The position numbers and the translations under genes were made by a program. Below are positions 1 through 12,484 of a stretch of 64,000 nucleotides of DNA, piece after piece. Location: assembly GCA_964016885.1 (NCBI GenBank), contig OZ024748.1, positions 8,246,001-8,310,000 of the forward strand, written 5' to 3'. The notes under the pieces were generated by a model. It was given only the letters and a program-made list of their open reading frames with translations, searched no databases and was not told the DNA's origin. Numbering within the stretch: position 1 is the stretch's first letter; each line of letters opens with the position of its first letter. The stretch comes from Eledone cirrhosa. Lineage: Eukaryota.

Positions 1-1263
1 AGGCAATAAAAAAAATGTACCAGTCAAATACTGAGGTTGATTCTCTCTCTCTGCAAGAGATCAACTGTGAAGGATGGGCTTCCTCTGGAAGAAATCACCT
101 GAAGAGGTATGGGCCCCACCAGGTTTAAAGATACCCAAGAAATGCTGTTTGTCACTATGGTGCCCCTTTCACCTGGAATTAGGGGTCCATACATACATTA
201 CTACATCCATAACTTTATGCTTAACAAAAATAAGTTCTAGTTATTTTATCAACATAAAAGGGGAGCTGGCTTCCATTTATATAAAAATGCTTGAGTTTAC
301 ATTTGTGTATGTATAAATAATGACATTTATATATGTATATAATGTATATATATGTATATAGATATTATGTATATAGATATGTGTGTGTGTGTGCTACAAC
401 CACCACCATCATCATGTCCACTTTAACTATATCTTACTAATATATTTAATTAAGTTTAATTGCAATCTGGAAAGTTTAAACAACAATTCAAGTTTTAATT
501 TTTACAATTTATTCAAAGCTGTAAACTTCTTTGAACTATTTTCCGTGGTTTCTTTCAACTTATTTGGCTTATTTAAAAAAACAACAAAAAACATGTTTTA
601 TGTTCAAATAAATTTATTGTATGATGAAATGTAACTTCTGGTTTATTTTAGAGTGATAAAATTATGGTTTCCTAGTAACATTAATTCCTGAATTAGGTGT
701 ATATTTTTCTTCTTTATGTTTTTCAACTTTAATTGAATTATTTCACATCATCCTTTGCTGATATTTTTCATGTTCTGATGATGATTATGGCTGTTGCATG
801 GCTTGTTCCTCTAAGAAATTTCAATTTTGATTTAATTAATCAATTTATATTTGTTTTCTTATTTATAATCACACTGAAACAAATAATATTAATGTTTTTA
901 GTAAGTTTTGCTTTTGCAGAATTAAATTTATCAAAATTTTCTAATAATTTTCATCTCATTTTTTTTTTTTTCAAAAAATATTTCATGTTTAGATAATTAC
1001 TACTTGCCTTCAAGTATGAAATATTCTTCAAACTCTCTAATTCTGGCATATTGTTGAGATTTCTCTTCTAGAATTACCATTTCAAGTGTATATGGTTTCT
1101 TGATAATCCATCCATAAGCTATGATGAACAATTTGGATACTCTCTGTTCGGCCTAATTTATATTAATGATATGCGTAATATAATTAACTAAAACAAAGAA
1201 TTACATTATTTTTCAGTTGACTACATTTTGTTTTCTGGTTTGTTTCATGTTGATACACACACA

Positions 1264-1299
<36 letters not shown>

Positions 1300-1344
1300 T
1301 TTATATTGAGGTAAAGTCATAATAGTTGTTTAAAACATACATGC

Positions 1345-1620
1345 ATACCCTGTGAGGTAGCTGGTGGTAAGAAGGGCACGCCACTGTAGAAACCATGCTA
1401 AAAAGGGTTGAGAGGGCCCTACAGTTGTGACAAACTATATAGTGTTGGGGGATCTACATGATAACATCCAGAACGCAATATAAAGTGTCTGGTGATAGGA
1501 AGGGCATCCAGCCATAGAAAGCTTGTCAAACAGAGTTGGGAGGACCCTTCAGTTGTGTCAAAGACATAATGGCTTCTCTATTGCTGGTGTTATGGTAAAA
1601 TGTACTCGGTAGAGCGTGGG
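1345..1620 (+). mobile_element. Octopus-type interspersed repeat/SINE (ggaagggcatccagc..tagaaac family), degraded
   Basis: two internal copies of the motif gtggttgg..aggaagggcatccagc(t/c)(g/a)tagaaa; same family at 5205-5460(-), 8120-8210(-), 13868-14010(-), 48810-49080(+), 59820-60090(-). Confidence 0.7.
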
Positions 1621-1636
1621 TCCATGTGTAAGCTGT

Positions 1637-2985
1637 GTATGATAGAACTAAGGTTAGTTTCAGGTGGTTTGGTATCAAATGTGTTAATGACAACTATATA
1701 TATATGATAGAACCAAGGTTAGTCTCAGGTGGTTTGGTATCAAATGTGTTAATGACAACTATATATATATGATAGAACCAAGGTTGGTTAGTCGCAGGTG
1801 GTTTGGTATCAAATGTGTTAATGACAACTATATATATATGATAGAACCAAGGTTAGTCGCAGGTGGTTTGGTATCAAATGTGTTAATGACAACTATATAT
1901 ATATGATAGAACCAAGGTTAGTCGCAGGTGGTTTGGTATCAAATGTGTTAATGACAACTATATATATATGATAGAACCAAGGTTAGTCTCAGGTGGTTTG
2001 GTATCAAATGTGTTAATGACAACTATATATATGATAGAACCAAGGTTACTCGCAGGTGGTTTGGTATCAAATGTGTTAATGACAACTATATATATGATAG
2101 AACCAAGGTTAGTTTCAGGTGGTTTGGTATCAAATGTGTTAATGACAACTATATATATGATAGAACTAAGGTTAGTTTCAGGTGGTTTGGTATCAAATGT
2201 GTTAATGACAACTATATATATGATAGAACCAAGGTTAGTCTCAGGTGGTTTGGTATCAAATGTGTTAATGACAACTATATATATGATAGAACCAAGGTTA
2301 GTCTCAGGTGGTTTGGTATCAAATGTGTTAATGACAACTATATATATGATAGAACCAAGGTTAGTTTCAGGTGGTTTGGTATCAAATGTGTTAATGACAA
2401 CTATATATATATCATAGAACCAAGGTTGGTTAGTCGCAGGTGGTTTGGTATCAAATGTGTTAATGACAACTATATATATGATAGAACTAAGGTTAGTTTC
2501 AGGTGGTTTGGTATCAAATGTGTTAATGACAACTATATATATGATAGAACTAAGGTTAGTTTCAGGTGGTTTGGTATCAAATGTGTTAATGACAACTATA
2601 TATATATCATAGAACCAAGGTTGGTTAGTCGCAGGTGGTTTGGTATCAAATGTGTTAATGACAACTATATATATGATAGAACTAAGGTTAGTTTCAGGTG
2701 GTTTGGTATCAAATGTGTTAATGACAACTATATATATATCATAGAACCAAGGTTGGTTAGTCGCAGGTGGTTTGGTATCAAATGTGTTAATGACAACTAT
2801 ATATATGATAGAACCAAGGTTGGTTAGTCGCAGGTGGTTTGGTATCAAATGTGTTAATGACAACTATATATATATGATAGAACCAAGGTTAGTCTCAGGT
2901 GGTTTGGTATCAAATGTATTAATCACAGCTGTATATCATAGAACCAAGGTTAGTTTCAAGTGGTTTGGTATTATATATGTTAATG
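1637..2985. repeat. Tandem array, ~60-66 bp unit, ~21-22 copies
   Basis: unit atgatagaaccaaggttagt(c/t)tcaggtggtttggtatcaaatgtgttaatgacaactatatat; length variation comes from (TA)n and a ttgg insertion. Confidence 0.98.
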
Positions 2986-3257
2986 AACACAAAACCTTAA
3001 CTTTTCCACATTTACAGAAACATCAAAACTCTTAATTAAATTAAAGTAAACCAAAACAAGGCACTGGCCTAATGAGCCTTGGAGCTTGAGACAGATTTTT
3101 AGACTTAGATACATGAACACACCTGTGCATGCACATATATATATATGTGTGTGTATATATATGTGTATATGTATGTGTATAAGTACGTATTGAAATAATT
3201 TTACTTGATTTGTTATTTCTATGAGATATTTTGTCTAAAGTATTATTTCTTTTGTAG

Positions 3258-3398
3258 CCAATGGAAACAAACACTTCGTTAGCACAATTCCGCCCTCGTA
3301 CAGGTAAAGCAGCTAATGCACCACTTCTGCTGGAAATTGAGGTTTATCTTCATTTATTGGTAGTTATGTACCTCATAGACGTGAAGGTATATGATAAG
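3258..3398 (+). CDS. PSMD3: 26S proteasome non-ATPase regulatory subunit 3 (Rpn3), first coding exon visible in window (internal exon; 5' exons upstream of window)
   Basis: tttgtag| acceptor, |gtaagg donor; 141 nt, [47 protein letters not shown] matches the recalled human PSMD3 [27 protein letters not shown]. Confidence 0.95.
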
Positions 3399-3445
3399 GT
3401 AAGGCATATGTGTATGTAACATTTAATGTAAAATATATAAATCTT

Positions 3446-3647
3446 TTAACCCTCTACTATTTACATTACTCTATATATACTATTGTATTTTCACGGTAAA
3501 GGCTTTATCTTACGTAATATCGAATCTGAGAGTTTGGTATTATTTATTTTGAGAACAATACCTTAACATCAGTATAAGTGGCCAGTTTGAACAGAAAGAG
3601 GTGGAGAATCTGGCCAGATATGGTCTTTTTAAATGCTAAAGGGTTAA
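3446..3647 (+). mobile_element. piggyBac-type MITE family A
   Basis: TTAA-CCCT...AATGCTAAAGGG-TTAA ends (TTAA target duplication, CCC termini); ~200 bp, non-coding; 8 copies in window. Confidence 0.85.
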
Positions 3648-3737
3648 TGAAACAAAAATATATTCTTAAAAAAATATATATTTTCTGTAATCTGAATCTG
3701 GAATCTTTACTTAAAGATTAATTTCTTTGTTTTGTAG

Positions 3738-3874
3738 GGTGTGAAATGTGTTGATCAGTTAATGGTAAAGATTACCACTCAGAATCGTCGCTCACTCGAT
3801 ATGTTAGCAGCAAAATGTTACTTCTATTACTCAAGGGTCTATGAGTTAACAAACCAACTAGATAAGATTCGCAA
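3738..3874 (+). CDS. PSMD3: Rpn3/PSMD3 exon (2nd visible)
   Basis: tttgtag|...|gtaagt; 137 nt; [45 protein letters not shown]; phase continues into next exon. Confidence 0.96.
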
Positions 3875-4604
3875 GTAAGTACATTTCTTTCAACAACTAT
3901 ATCTTATGTGAGAAACTAAACCTTGTGTGTCATGAAATTTAGTTTTTAAATAGTTACTACATATTACTGTCTTTCTGTTTCATTTTATTGAGCTTAGCTT
4001 GTTTACAACTGGATACTTCTACTATTAATATATTTATGGACATATATCTTAGTATATATGTTTACAATTTATTGATGTATTTTGTTCATGATGCAACATA
4101 TTGGCAGAGTTACTAGAACGTTAGATCTTTTTCTCTGGAAGAAATTGGCTGTGTTCTGACCTGGAGAGGAGATGGGCTCTGCCAGGTTAAAAAGAAACAC
4201 CCTATGTCTTTATGATGCTCCTACAACTCCACGGGTACATATATAGAATTTGTTGATGGAAGTCCCAAGAAACACCCTATATCTCTATGGCTCTGCCAAG
4301 AATTACGGGTACATACATAGAATTTGTTCACTAGGGTCTTATTTTGGGATAATACTGGTGGAACTATACAAACTGTTTCATTATAAATCATTTGTATAAA
4401 GGTAAAACATTTCCTATATTACCCATCATATCTAGTCTGTGTCATAACCGATTGAGGGTTCTTCAGGGTGGGGTGTTGACCCTCTGCAGAATAGTCAGAT
4501 GATGGTATTGATTCAAGACTAGAATTGGTAAACCAGAAGCAGTGTTCTTACTTTCAAGAAAGATGGGTTATTCTTGAAAAATTAAAAATTATATGTACGA
4601 AGGG

Positions 4605-4752
4605 TTCTGCAGTTTCTGTCTACTAAATTCTACTCACAAGGTAGTGGTCTACCTGAGGCTATAGCAAATGATACTTGCTCAAGGTTTCATGCAATAGAAC
4701 TAAACACAGAAGCATGTGGTTGTGAAGTGGGCTCCTTAATCACATAATCATG
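4605..4752 (-). mobile_element. tRNA-derived SINE with CORE-like segment, degraded
   Basis: minus strand reads ..ttaaggagcccacttcacaaccacatg..ccttgagcaagt..ctatagcctcagg..ttgtgagtagaatttagtagacagaaactg; related copies 15160-15295(-), 63440-63565(+). Confidence 0.65.
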
Positions 4753-4917
4753 TTAAGATTTAGGAAATGGTGAATTTGTAAGGCTTGGTAACTAAAGACC
4801 TTGATCATAATTCAATTAGATCCTCCTCTGGCCAAAGAAGAAGAATAAGAATTTTTAGCAGTTGTTTTATTGTTTTTGATAAATTTCCTTATAGTTAAAA
4901 AAATTTTCCTGTTTTAG

Positions 4918-5111
4918 TTTCCTCCATGCCCGGCTACGGACAGCCACCTTGCGATCTGACTTTGAGGGGCAAGCAGTGTTGTTAAACTTACTGCTGAGAA
5001 ATTATTTACATTATAACTTGATAGATCAAGCTGAAAAACTTGAATCGAAATCTACATTTCCTAAAGATGCTGCTTCAAATAATGAGATGGCTCGGTTCCT
5101 CTACTACTTAG
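4918..5111 (+). CDS. PSMD3: Rpn3/PSMD3 exon (3rd visible)
   Basis: gttttag|...|gtcagt; 194 nt; [65 protein letters not shown]. Confidence 0.96.
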
Positions 5112-5204
5112 GTCAGTACATCAATCATATATTTACTACAGTATTTATATCCTCTACTACTTAGGTCAGTACATAAATCATATATTTACTACAGTATTTA
5201 TAAT

Positions 5205-5460
5205 TCGTTTCTACAGCTGGATGCCCCTCATAACGCCAGCCACATTTACAGTGTGTGCTGGGTGCTTTTTGTTGAGTCACCTACACGACCAATTTACAGC
5301 ATGACTGGGCGTTTTTTGTTGTGATTCCTACAGCGTGGATTTACAGCGTGGATTGGGTGCTTTTTGTTGTCACCTACACAACCACTTTACACTGTGGACT
5401 AGGCACTTTTTATAGTGTTGCTGACATGACCACATTACGGTGTGGACTGGCTGTTTTTGT
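5205..5460 (-). mobile_element. Octopus-type SINE/repeat with internal ~45 bp tandem units
   Basis: gtttctacagctggatgccc..taacgcca followed by several tttacag.gtggactgggtgctttt units. Confidence 0.7.
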
Positions 5461-5602
5461 CTTATATCATCCTTAATTTGCCCACAGTAAAATTATATTC
5501 TTTCAAAAATTCAGTTAAAGAGAAACAACAAAACAAAACATAACTTGTTTATTTAAGATATACATTGATCTTTACATTGATGTTTATTTATAACTTTTTT
5601 AG

Positions 5603-5706
5603 GACGTATTAAAGCTGCTCAACTAGAATATAGTGATGCTCATGAAAAATTGAATCAAGCAATCAGGAAGGCCCCTCAAAACACTGCTGTAGGCTTCAAA
5701 CAGACG
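5603..5706 (+). CDS. PSMD3: Rpn3/PSMD3 exon (4th visible)
   Basis: ttttttag|...|gtaaga; 104 nt; [34 protein letters not shown]. Confidence 0.97.
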
Positions 5707-5818
5707 GTAAGAAGAAGGTTTAGTTGTTTCACTTGAAAACATTTGGAAATCTAATTTACCATATTTGTTTTTATATCTCATTAATTAATTAATATTGTGT
5801 GTGATTTTGTTTTTATAG

Positions 5819-5933
5819 GTACACAAGCTTTCAATAACTGTTGAGTTGTTGCTTGGTAAAATTCCCGATAGATCTATATTTCGTCAGGCTTATTATAGAA
5901 AAACTTTGGCCCCCTACTTTCAGTTGACACAAG
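5819..5933 (+). CDS. PSMD3: Rpn3/PSMD3 exon (5th visible)
   Basis: ttttatag|...|gtattt; 115 nt; [38 protein letters not shown]. Confidence 0.96.
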
Positions 5934-5972
5934 GTATTTATAAACTAATGGCTGTTTACATTGTTTTTGTTT

Positions 5973-6138
5973 TTAACTCTTTAGCATTTATCTTACATAA
6001 TATCGAATCTATGAGATGTTGATATTTATTTTGAGAATATGTTAATATCAGCATGAGTGGCCAGTTATGACTGGTTTGAACCGAAAGAGGTGAGAGAATT
6101 CTGGCCAGATATAGCCGGTTTAAATGCTAAAGGGTTAA
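5973..6138 (+). mobile_element. piggyBac-type MITE family A, internally deleted
   Basis: ttaa-ctctttagcattt ... aaatgctaaaggg-ttaa. Confidence 0.85.
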
Positions 6139-6244
6139 ACTAAAGACAATTATGTGAATGTTCTATGTAGAGAATAGCTTTTATTCTGAGTACTTAACCA
6201 TTTGTTACCATATTTATCATATTTCTTATGAAAGACACTCAAAA

Positions 6245-7196
6245 ATACACCACCACAAACACAAAACTGCACACCACAAACCCAAAACTATACTACCACA
6301 AACAAAACTGCACACCACAAACCCAAAACTGCACACCACAAACCCAAAACTGCACACCACAAACCCAAAACTGCACACCACATACCCAAAACTGCACACC
6401 ACAAACCCAAAACTGCACACCACATACCCAAAACTGCACACCACAAACCCAAAACTGCACACCACAAACCCAAAACTTCATACCACATACCCAAAACTGC
6501 ACACCACATACCCAAAACTGCACACCACAAACCCAAAACTGCACACCACAAACCCAAAACTTCATACCACATACCCAAAACTGCACACCACAAACCCAAA
6601 ACTGCATACCACAAACCCAAAACTGCATATCACAAACACAAAACTGCATACCACATACCCAAATCTACACCACCACAAACCCAAAACTGCACACCACAAA
6701 CCCAAAACTGCAAACCACAAACCCAAAACTGCATATCACAAACAAAACTGCATACCACATACCCAAATCTACACCACCACAAACCCAAAACTGCACACCA
6801 CAAACCCAAAACTGCATACCACATACCCAAATCTACACCACCACAAACCCAAAACTGCACACCACAAACCCAAATCTGCATACCACATACCCAAATCTAC
6901 ACCACCACAAACCCAAAACTGCATATCACAAACAAAACTGCATACCACATACCCAAATCTACACCACCACAAACCCAAAACTGCACACCACAAACCCAAA
7001 ACTGCATACCACATACCCAAATCTACACCACCACAAACCCAAAACTGCACACCACAAACCCAAAACTGCATACCACATACCCAAATCTACACCACCACAA
7101 ACCCAAAACTGCACACCACAAACCCAAATCTGCACACCACAAACCAAAATCTACACCACCACAAACCCAAAACTGCATACTACAAACCAAAAACTG
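6245..7196. repeat. 21-bp minisatellite (caccacaaacccaaaactgca) with 24-bp variants and higher-order structure
   Basis: ~950 bp of direct tandem copies; source of the spurious 326-393 aa ORFs. Confidence 0.97.
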
Positions 7197-7323
7197 CCTT
7201 GTGGTTAGGCTTTTCTGAACAAACAAGGATAGAAAATATTAAAAGGGTTTTGTTATTAGGTTTGTGTAAACTTTCTAAATATGATGCCAAATATAATTAT
7301 TGTATTTGTATTGTCTGTTTCAG

Positions 7324-7547
7324 CTGTCAAGAGAGGTAGTTTAGAAATGTTTAATGAAGTCTTGGAGAAATTTGGTAGTAAATTTCAAACTGAAAATACA
7401 TACACGTTGATTGTTAGACTGCGACACAATGTCATAAAAACTGGTGTACGTATGATTAATGTATCCTACTCTAAAATATCATTGCAAGATATTGCTGAGA
7501 AGTTACTTCTGGATACCTCTGAAGATGCAGAATACATCGTCGCAAAG
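7324..7547 (+). CDS. PSMD3: Rpn3/PSMD3 exon (6th visible), PCI domain
   Basis: tttcag|...|gtaaga; 224 nt; [75 protein letters not shown]. Confidence 0.97.
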
Positions 7548-8799
7548 GTAAGAAGAGTTCTTCATTGGATTTCTTATTGTTTCTTAATTCTTAATACCAT
7601 TCAAGCATGGACAAATTTGATGATAGTGATTAAAAATTATATCTTTATATACATATGAATATGTTTATATATATATACACATTTATGTATATAGACGGTT
7701 AGTTATATTTATATATATATATATATATATATTCCCCTCTATATATTAGCACGTGCTACATAGCAGCTAGAACTTCGATTCATACCCAGTATTATCATCG
7801 TCATTTTACGTCCGCTTTTCCTTGCTTGCAACACGAAATTATATTTATATACAAAATCTATATATGATGACAGGGAGAGCATTTGATTAAAATTTCAAAA
7901 TTATCTCCCTTTGAACGTGCAATGTTGGGGCTTTATATAAATATATTTAAAATATATAAAATAATTACCTATGTCATAAGTAATATATGTACGAAAGTGA
8001 AATATATTTATATCTGAATTACAACAAAATATTATTTTACATCTGCTTTCTATGCTTGGTTGTCACAGTCTGAGACAAGACTGAAGTGATCTGATCAGTC
8101 TTGCTCATGTTTCATATTTGGCATGGTTTCTACAGGAAGGATAACCTTTTTAATGCCAACCAGTGTACTGGGTGCGGTTTCTTTTTCGTAGCATCACTGT
8201 TACCACTTTACAGGGTGGGTTTTTTGTTTTAGTTTTATCCGTGGCTCCAGCATTAGAGAAGTTATCACATTGTATATCCAGAAATGAGAGGTTGGTGAAT
8301 ACAGTGAGTTCATGGAAATACAAACCTAGAATAAAAAGTCTCAGCAAAGACTAAAATCTTTAAGTAGGAAAGAAGACAAAACTCTACTGTCAGTGAAATG
8401 GCTCTGCTTGATATGCAGAAAACCCTCATTGAGTGCAACCATTGTAAAGAACTTATGTTTTACTTGAATAAAAAAGAGAGGTCAGTATATATATGATACC
8501 CAAGACTTCTAACTTTGTGATGCTATATTGGGATTAGACAGGTCCAACGGCCTTGAAGAGAGGTCAGTACACATGTGTGATATATAGTAACGTTTGTTAA
8601 CTTTGTGATACCATATTGGGACATTAGACTGAAGAGCACTGAAGGAATCAGTTGTTTTTCTGAAGCCTTGGAGATATTTGACCATCTAAGGAGCAGGAAC
8701 TGGTGTGAGGGCTGCCCAGGTTGTCAAACATTGCTACTACTACCACTTTCATTTCTGTACCTTCAACTAAAACAGAAGGTTTTATGTATATTTTGGGGG

Positions 8800-8970
8800 T
8801 TAGACTTGAATATTCCAGTGGTCTTGATGAAGATGTGTGTCTCTAACTTGGACTGGAACATTCCAGTGGTGATGACCAGCCTGAGAGTCTAACTTGGACT
8901 AGAATATTCCAATGGTTTTGACCAGGCTGAGAGTCTGACTTAGCTGGAATATTCCAGTGGTCTTGACCAT
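8800..8970. repeat. Short tandem repeat, ~4 copies of ~40-45 bp (ggaatattccagtggtcttga)
   Basis: direct repeats read from the sequence. Confidence 0.8.
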
Positions 8971-11264
8971 GCCACTATAGAATGTCTTATAGGAATATGT
9001 TTAATCTAGCTTATATTTAGGTGTAGCTTTATCAGAATCTATTCTCATACTAGGTGATGGTGATATCATCATCATCTTGGTTAACCCTTTGCCAGATCTT
9101 CAATATTGTTGATGATTTTTTTAGTTTCCTCAAATCTTTATCACCATCACTATCATCATTATTTTACGTGGGTTGGCTGGACCTGCTCCAGGACAGCTTG
9201 TCTCCCACCTGTTGCATTCCTCTGTGATGTTCAACAATTTTATTTGTGATGACCAAAGAAGTTACATGTAGTGACTATAAGTTGGTAGAAATACCAGTAC
9301 GAGAGAATACTGTAGACAATTTGTCAGACATTCCTATAACTCTTGTGATTATACATTGACTAAATAACCAATCTATTAATATTCATTAGAAATAATGATT
9401 TGTCGTTGTTTTAGTATAATTTTCTTGTTTAGTAAAGAAATATTATGAACATGACGATCTTGGATTTAAATAATTCTAAAAATTACGGAATTGTCTATTC
9501 ATTAGTAGTGTTTTAATTGCAGTAATTATTGTAATTTACCTTAATGAAATCTTGTCGTCTTTGGTTATTTCTGGAAAACATCTCTTCTTTTTCTACATTT
9601 TTTGCTACATACTTGTGTTTTGTTGTTTTATTGCCAGCATTTTTCTTATTGTAAGTAACTTCCAACTTCTACTGATATATATATATATATATATATATTC
9701 AATTCTTATATATGGGTATATATATATATATATATATATACACTGTACACAGTGAGAATGGTGAAAGTATTAGTTAACTACATCAGCTTTTTTTTATTTT
9801 TCTATTTAATTTCATCAGTTTTTCTACTTCTTCTCTTCCATGATAGATTGAAAAGAAAATCTAATAATTTCTCTTCCTGCAATTACAAATGATAAATTTG
9901 TTATCTTTTTTCTACTGATATAATAGATAATTAGTTTTTACTAAAAGGTGGGGGTCAGTTAGTATAATCGATGACCAAAAGAGATGGAAAGAATTAAGAG
10001 CCATCATCATCATCATTGTCGTTTTAACAGTTTTTTCTTTTTTTTTTGTCACTATCATCACTATTTTCGATTTCAACTGACTTAATTTTATTTCTGCTGT
10101 TAATTAATATTATTTCAGTATATCTATTCTACATCAAAATAATTATATTCAAATTTTCCTTCAGGTTTCAATTTTAATTAAAATTTATCACAATACTTTA
10201 CAATGTGTTACATCAGTTTGTGTGTTTATCTTGGTAATTCAATATTAATTGAAAATATCCATGGATTAAAATAACTTGAGAAGAACAAGATTTCATTCAA
10301 GTTATTTTGTTATAGTTCATCCTCTTTTATTTCTACTTCAGTTCCCTAACTTTTTAATAAAAAAAAAAGAAATACAAAACAAAAAAAAACCCAAACCTTT
10401 ATTCATTTTTTAAATATTTCAAGATGGTACAGCATACCATATTTAAAATTTTATTTGGGATTTGATTACAAAGAGTCCTAGCTTATTGTTAATATTTTAT
10501 TTTTTATAATGTTACACCTGTGCAACAGGTGTGGTTATTGCTAAATACCCTTTTTAATACCAACCCCCGTTTTCAAATTTTAATAACGAGCGTTAATGAG
10601 ATTTTATTAACTATTTCCCAGTTATTTCTATGGTTTTATTTTTATTTGTGTATTTTTCTGTTTCGTTATATTTAAAGAATTTATTTAATGGTCTTTAATT
10701 GGTCATTTTTGTTTTTTTTTTCGCTTTGAATTATACTTGATATGTTTAGTGATATAATAGTAAACTGGTAGTATAAATTGAAATATAATGCTCTCAATTT
10801 AATGACTGGGTACTTCTATGTACTATTCATGCACCTTTGATAAGTTGTAGTGTACCTGAGCACTGTACACAATCATTTTCATTATATATATTAACAATTC
10901 AACTTTGTTTCACCAAAAAAAAAAACACCTTTTCTATTATACTACAATTTTAGATATGTTATTTGTGAAATATTTCACATTTTGTTATAATATACCAATT
11001 TATAGATCCTTTAAACACTATATAACTTATTTTAGTAGTAACATAGATTATTCAGTCTAAAATTCGTTAATTATTTTGTATGAATGTAAGATTTGACAGG
11101 TTTTAAAAATAAAAATACTTTGAACATTTTTTGGGGGGATCTTTTAATTTTTTATAGATTTTCTTTTCGTATAATCTGTATAGCCATAGTAATTAGTCAT
11201 GAAGCAAATTATCTCATTTTTGTTTTTTCAAACTTTTTCTGGCCAGTAACACTTGCAAGCAGGT

Positions 11265-11267
<3 letters not shown>

Positions 11268-11322
<55 letters not shown>
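11268..11322. repeat. (CT)n microsatellite
   Basis: pure run. Confidence 0.99.
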
Positions 11323-11325
<3 letters not shown>

Positions 11326-12067
11326 TACATTATATTTGGACTGGCAAAGTTGTTATACTGTTGAACAAATGCTTAGCAATATTTGTTCCATCATTTTCGG
11401 TTGTGTGTTCAAATCCCACCTTGGTCAACTTCTGTAGTTAAGTTGATAAAGTACCAGTTACATACTGTGGTTGATATAATCAGTTTTCCCCTGTCCCCCA
11501 CAACTTGCTGGCCTTGTACCTAAGTTAAGAAATCCCTATATTATTGTAAGATAATTAGGTTAAGTTATAGAAAACTAAAAACAAAACAAAAGAAATCAAT
11601 AAACAAAATGAAATAGCTCGTTAAATTTCTTTATTAGCTTCATTCTTGCAATGTATATATGGTTACCATAGTAATAGATAATTGAAGAATAACTGTAAAT
11701 GATTAGTGAGAAATTCTCATGCTATATAAACTACATTTTGCTGCACTTGGATTTTTAACAGCAGTTTTTTCTCTCACAAATTGTATTTAACTTTTCAACT
11801 TTGGTATTGATTTACCTTACAATCTCAGCAGGCAATTTTGCTAATATTTCAAAATATTTTCCTTGTTTTGCGAGATGTAAACCTTTTTTTCTATTGTTTG
11901 TGTCTTCTAATACCTTTCACTCATATTTTCTTTTTTTCTCAAACTTCAAAAATTACCTTTTTTTTTACCTGTTGGTTTGTCTAATCTTTATTACTGCTAT
12001 TTCTCTCCATGTTTCACTATCAACAACCTAGCCACTCTTTTCTATTGTTTTAATAGCTATTTTATAT

Positions 12068-12484
12068 TTAAACCCTTTCAATGCTAACCTGCCTCAAACT
12101 GGCTTTGGTTTTATGATACAAAACTGTCTGAATGTGGCTTTGGTTTTATAATACAAAACTGTCTGAATGTGGCTTTGGTTTTATGATACAAAACTGTCTG
12201 AATGTGGCTTTAGTTTTATGATACAAAACTGTCTGAATGCGACTTTAGTTTTATGATACAAAACTACCTGAAACTGGCCTTGGTCTTTATGATACAAAGC
12301 TGTCTATTTGAAAATACATATATATCAAAACGGTACACCATATCTTATTTAGGAAATTTTTGTTAAGCACCAGCTTACTAAGAAAAGCTACTGTATTAAA
12401 TTCCTTCCAATTGTTTTTATTATTTACAAATTTGAGACATATAAGCAGTGTATTTCATTAGAAATGTGGTAACAAAAGGGTTAA
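12068..12484 (+). mobile_element. piggyBac-type MITE family B with internally amplified ~38 bp subterminal unit
   Basis: begins ttaaaccctttc, ends ggtaacaaaaggg-ttaa; 5-6 copies of ctgaatgtggctttggttttatgatacaaaactgt at ~12095-12300. Confidence 0.8.

Noticed and set aside
95-145. Hammerhead-like CTGAAGA..GAAA (also CTGATGA at ~30598)
   Set aside because: GAAA does not directly follow stem II here, and is absent at the second site
1637-2985. CRISPR-like array, or 301/149/133-aa ORFs
   Set aside because: No unique spacers, no cas genes, eukaryotic intron; the ORFs are translations of the tandem unit
6158-7339. 393-aa and 326-aa repetitive ORFs
   Set aside because: 21-bp minisatellite open in most frames on both strands, inside a PSMD3 intron
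8648-8766. Minus-strand exon candidate (ttctgttttag|..EGTEMKVVVVAMFDNLGSPH..*)
   Set aside because: Good acceptor, but unrecognised peptide and no linked upstream exon
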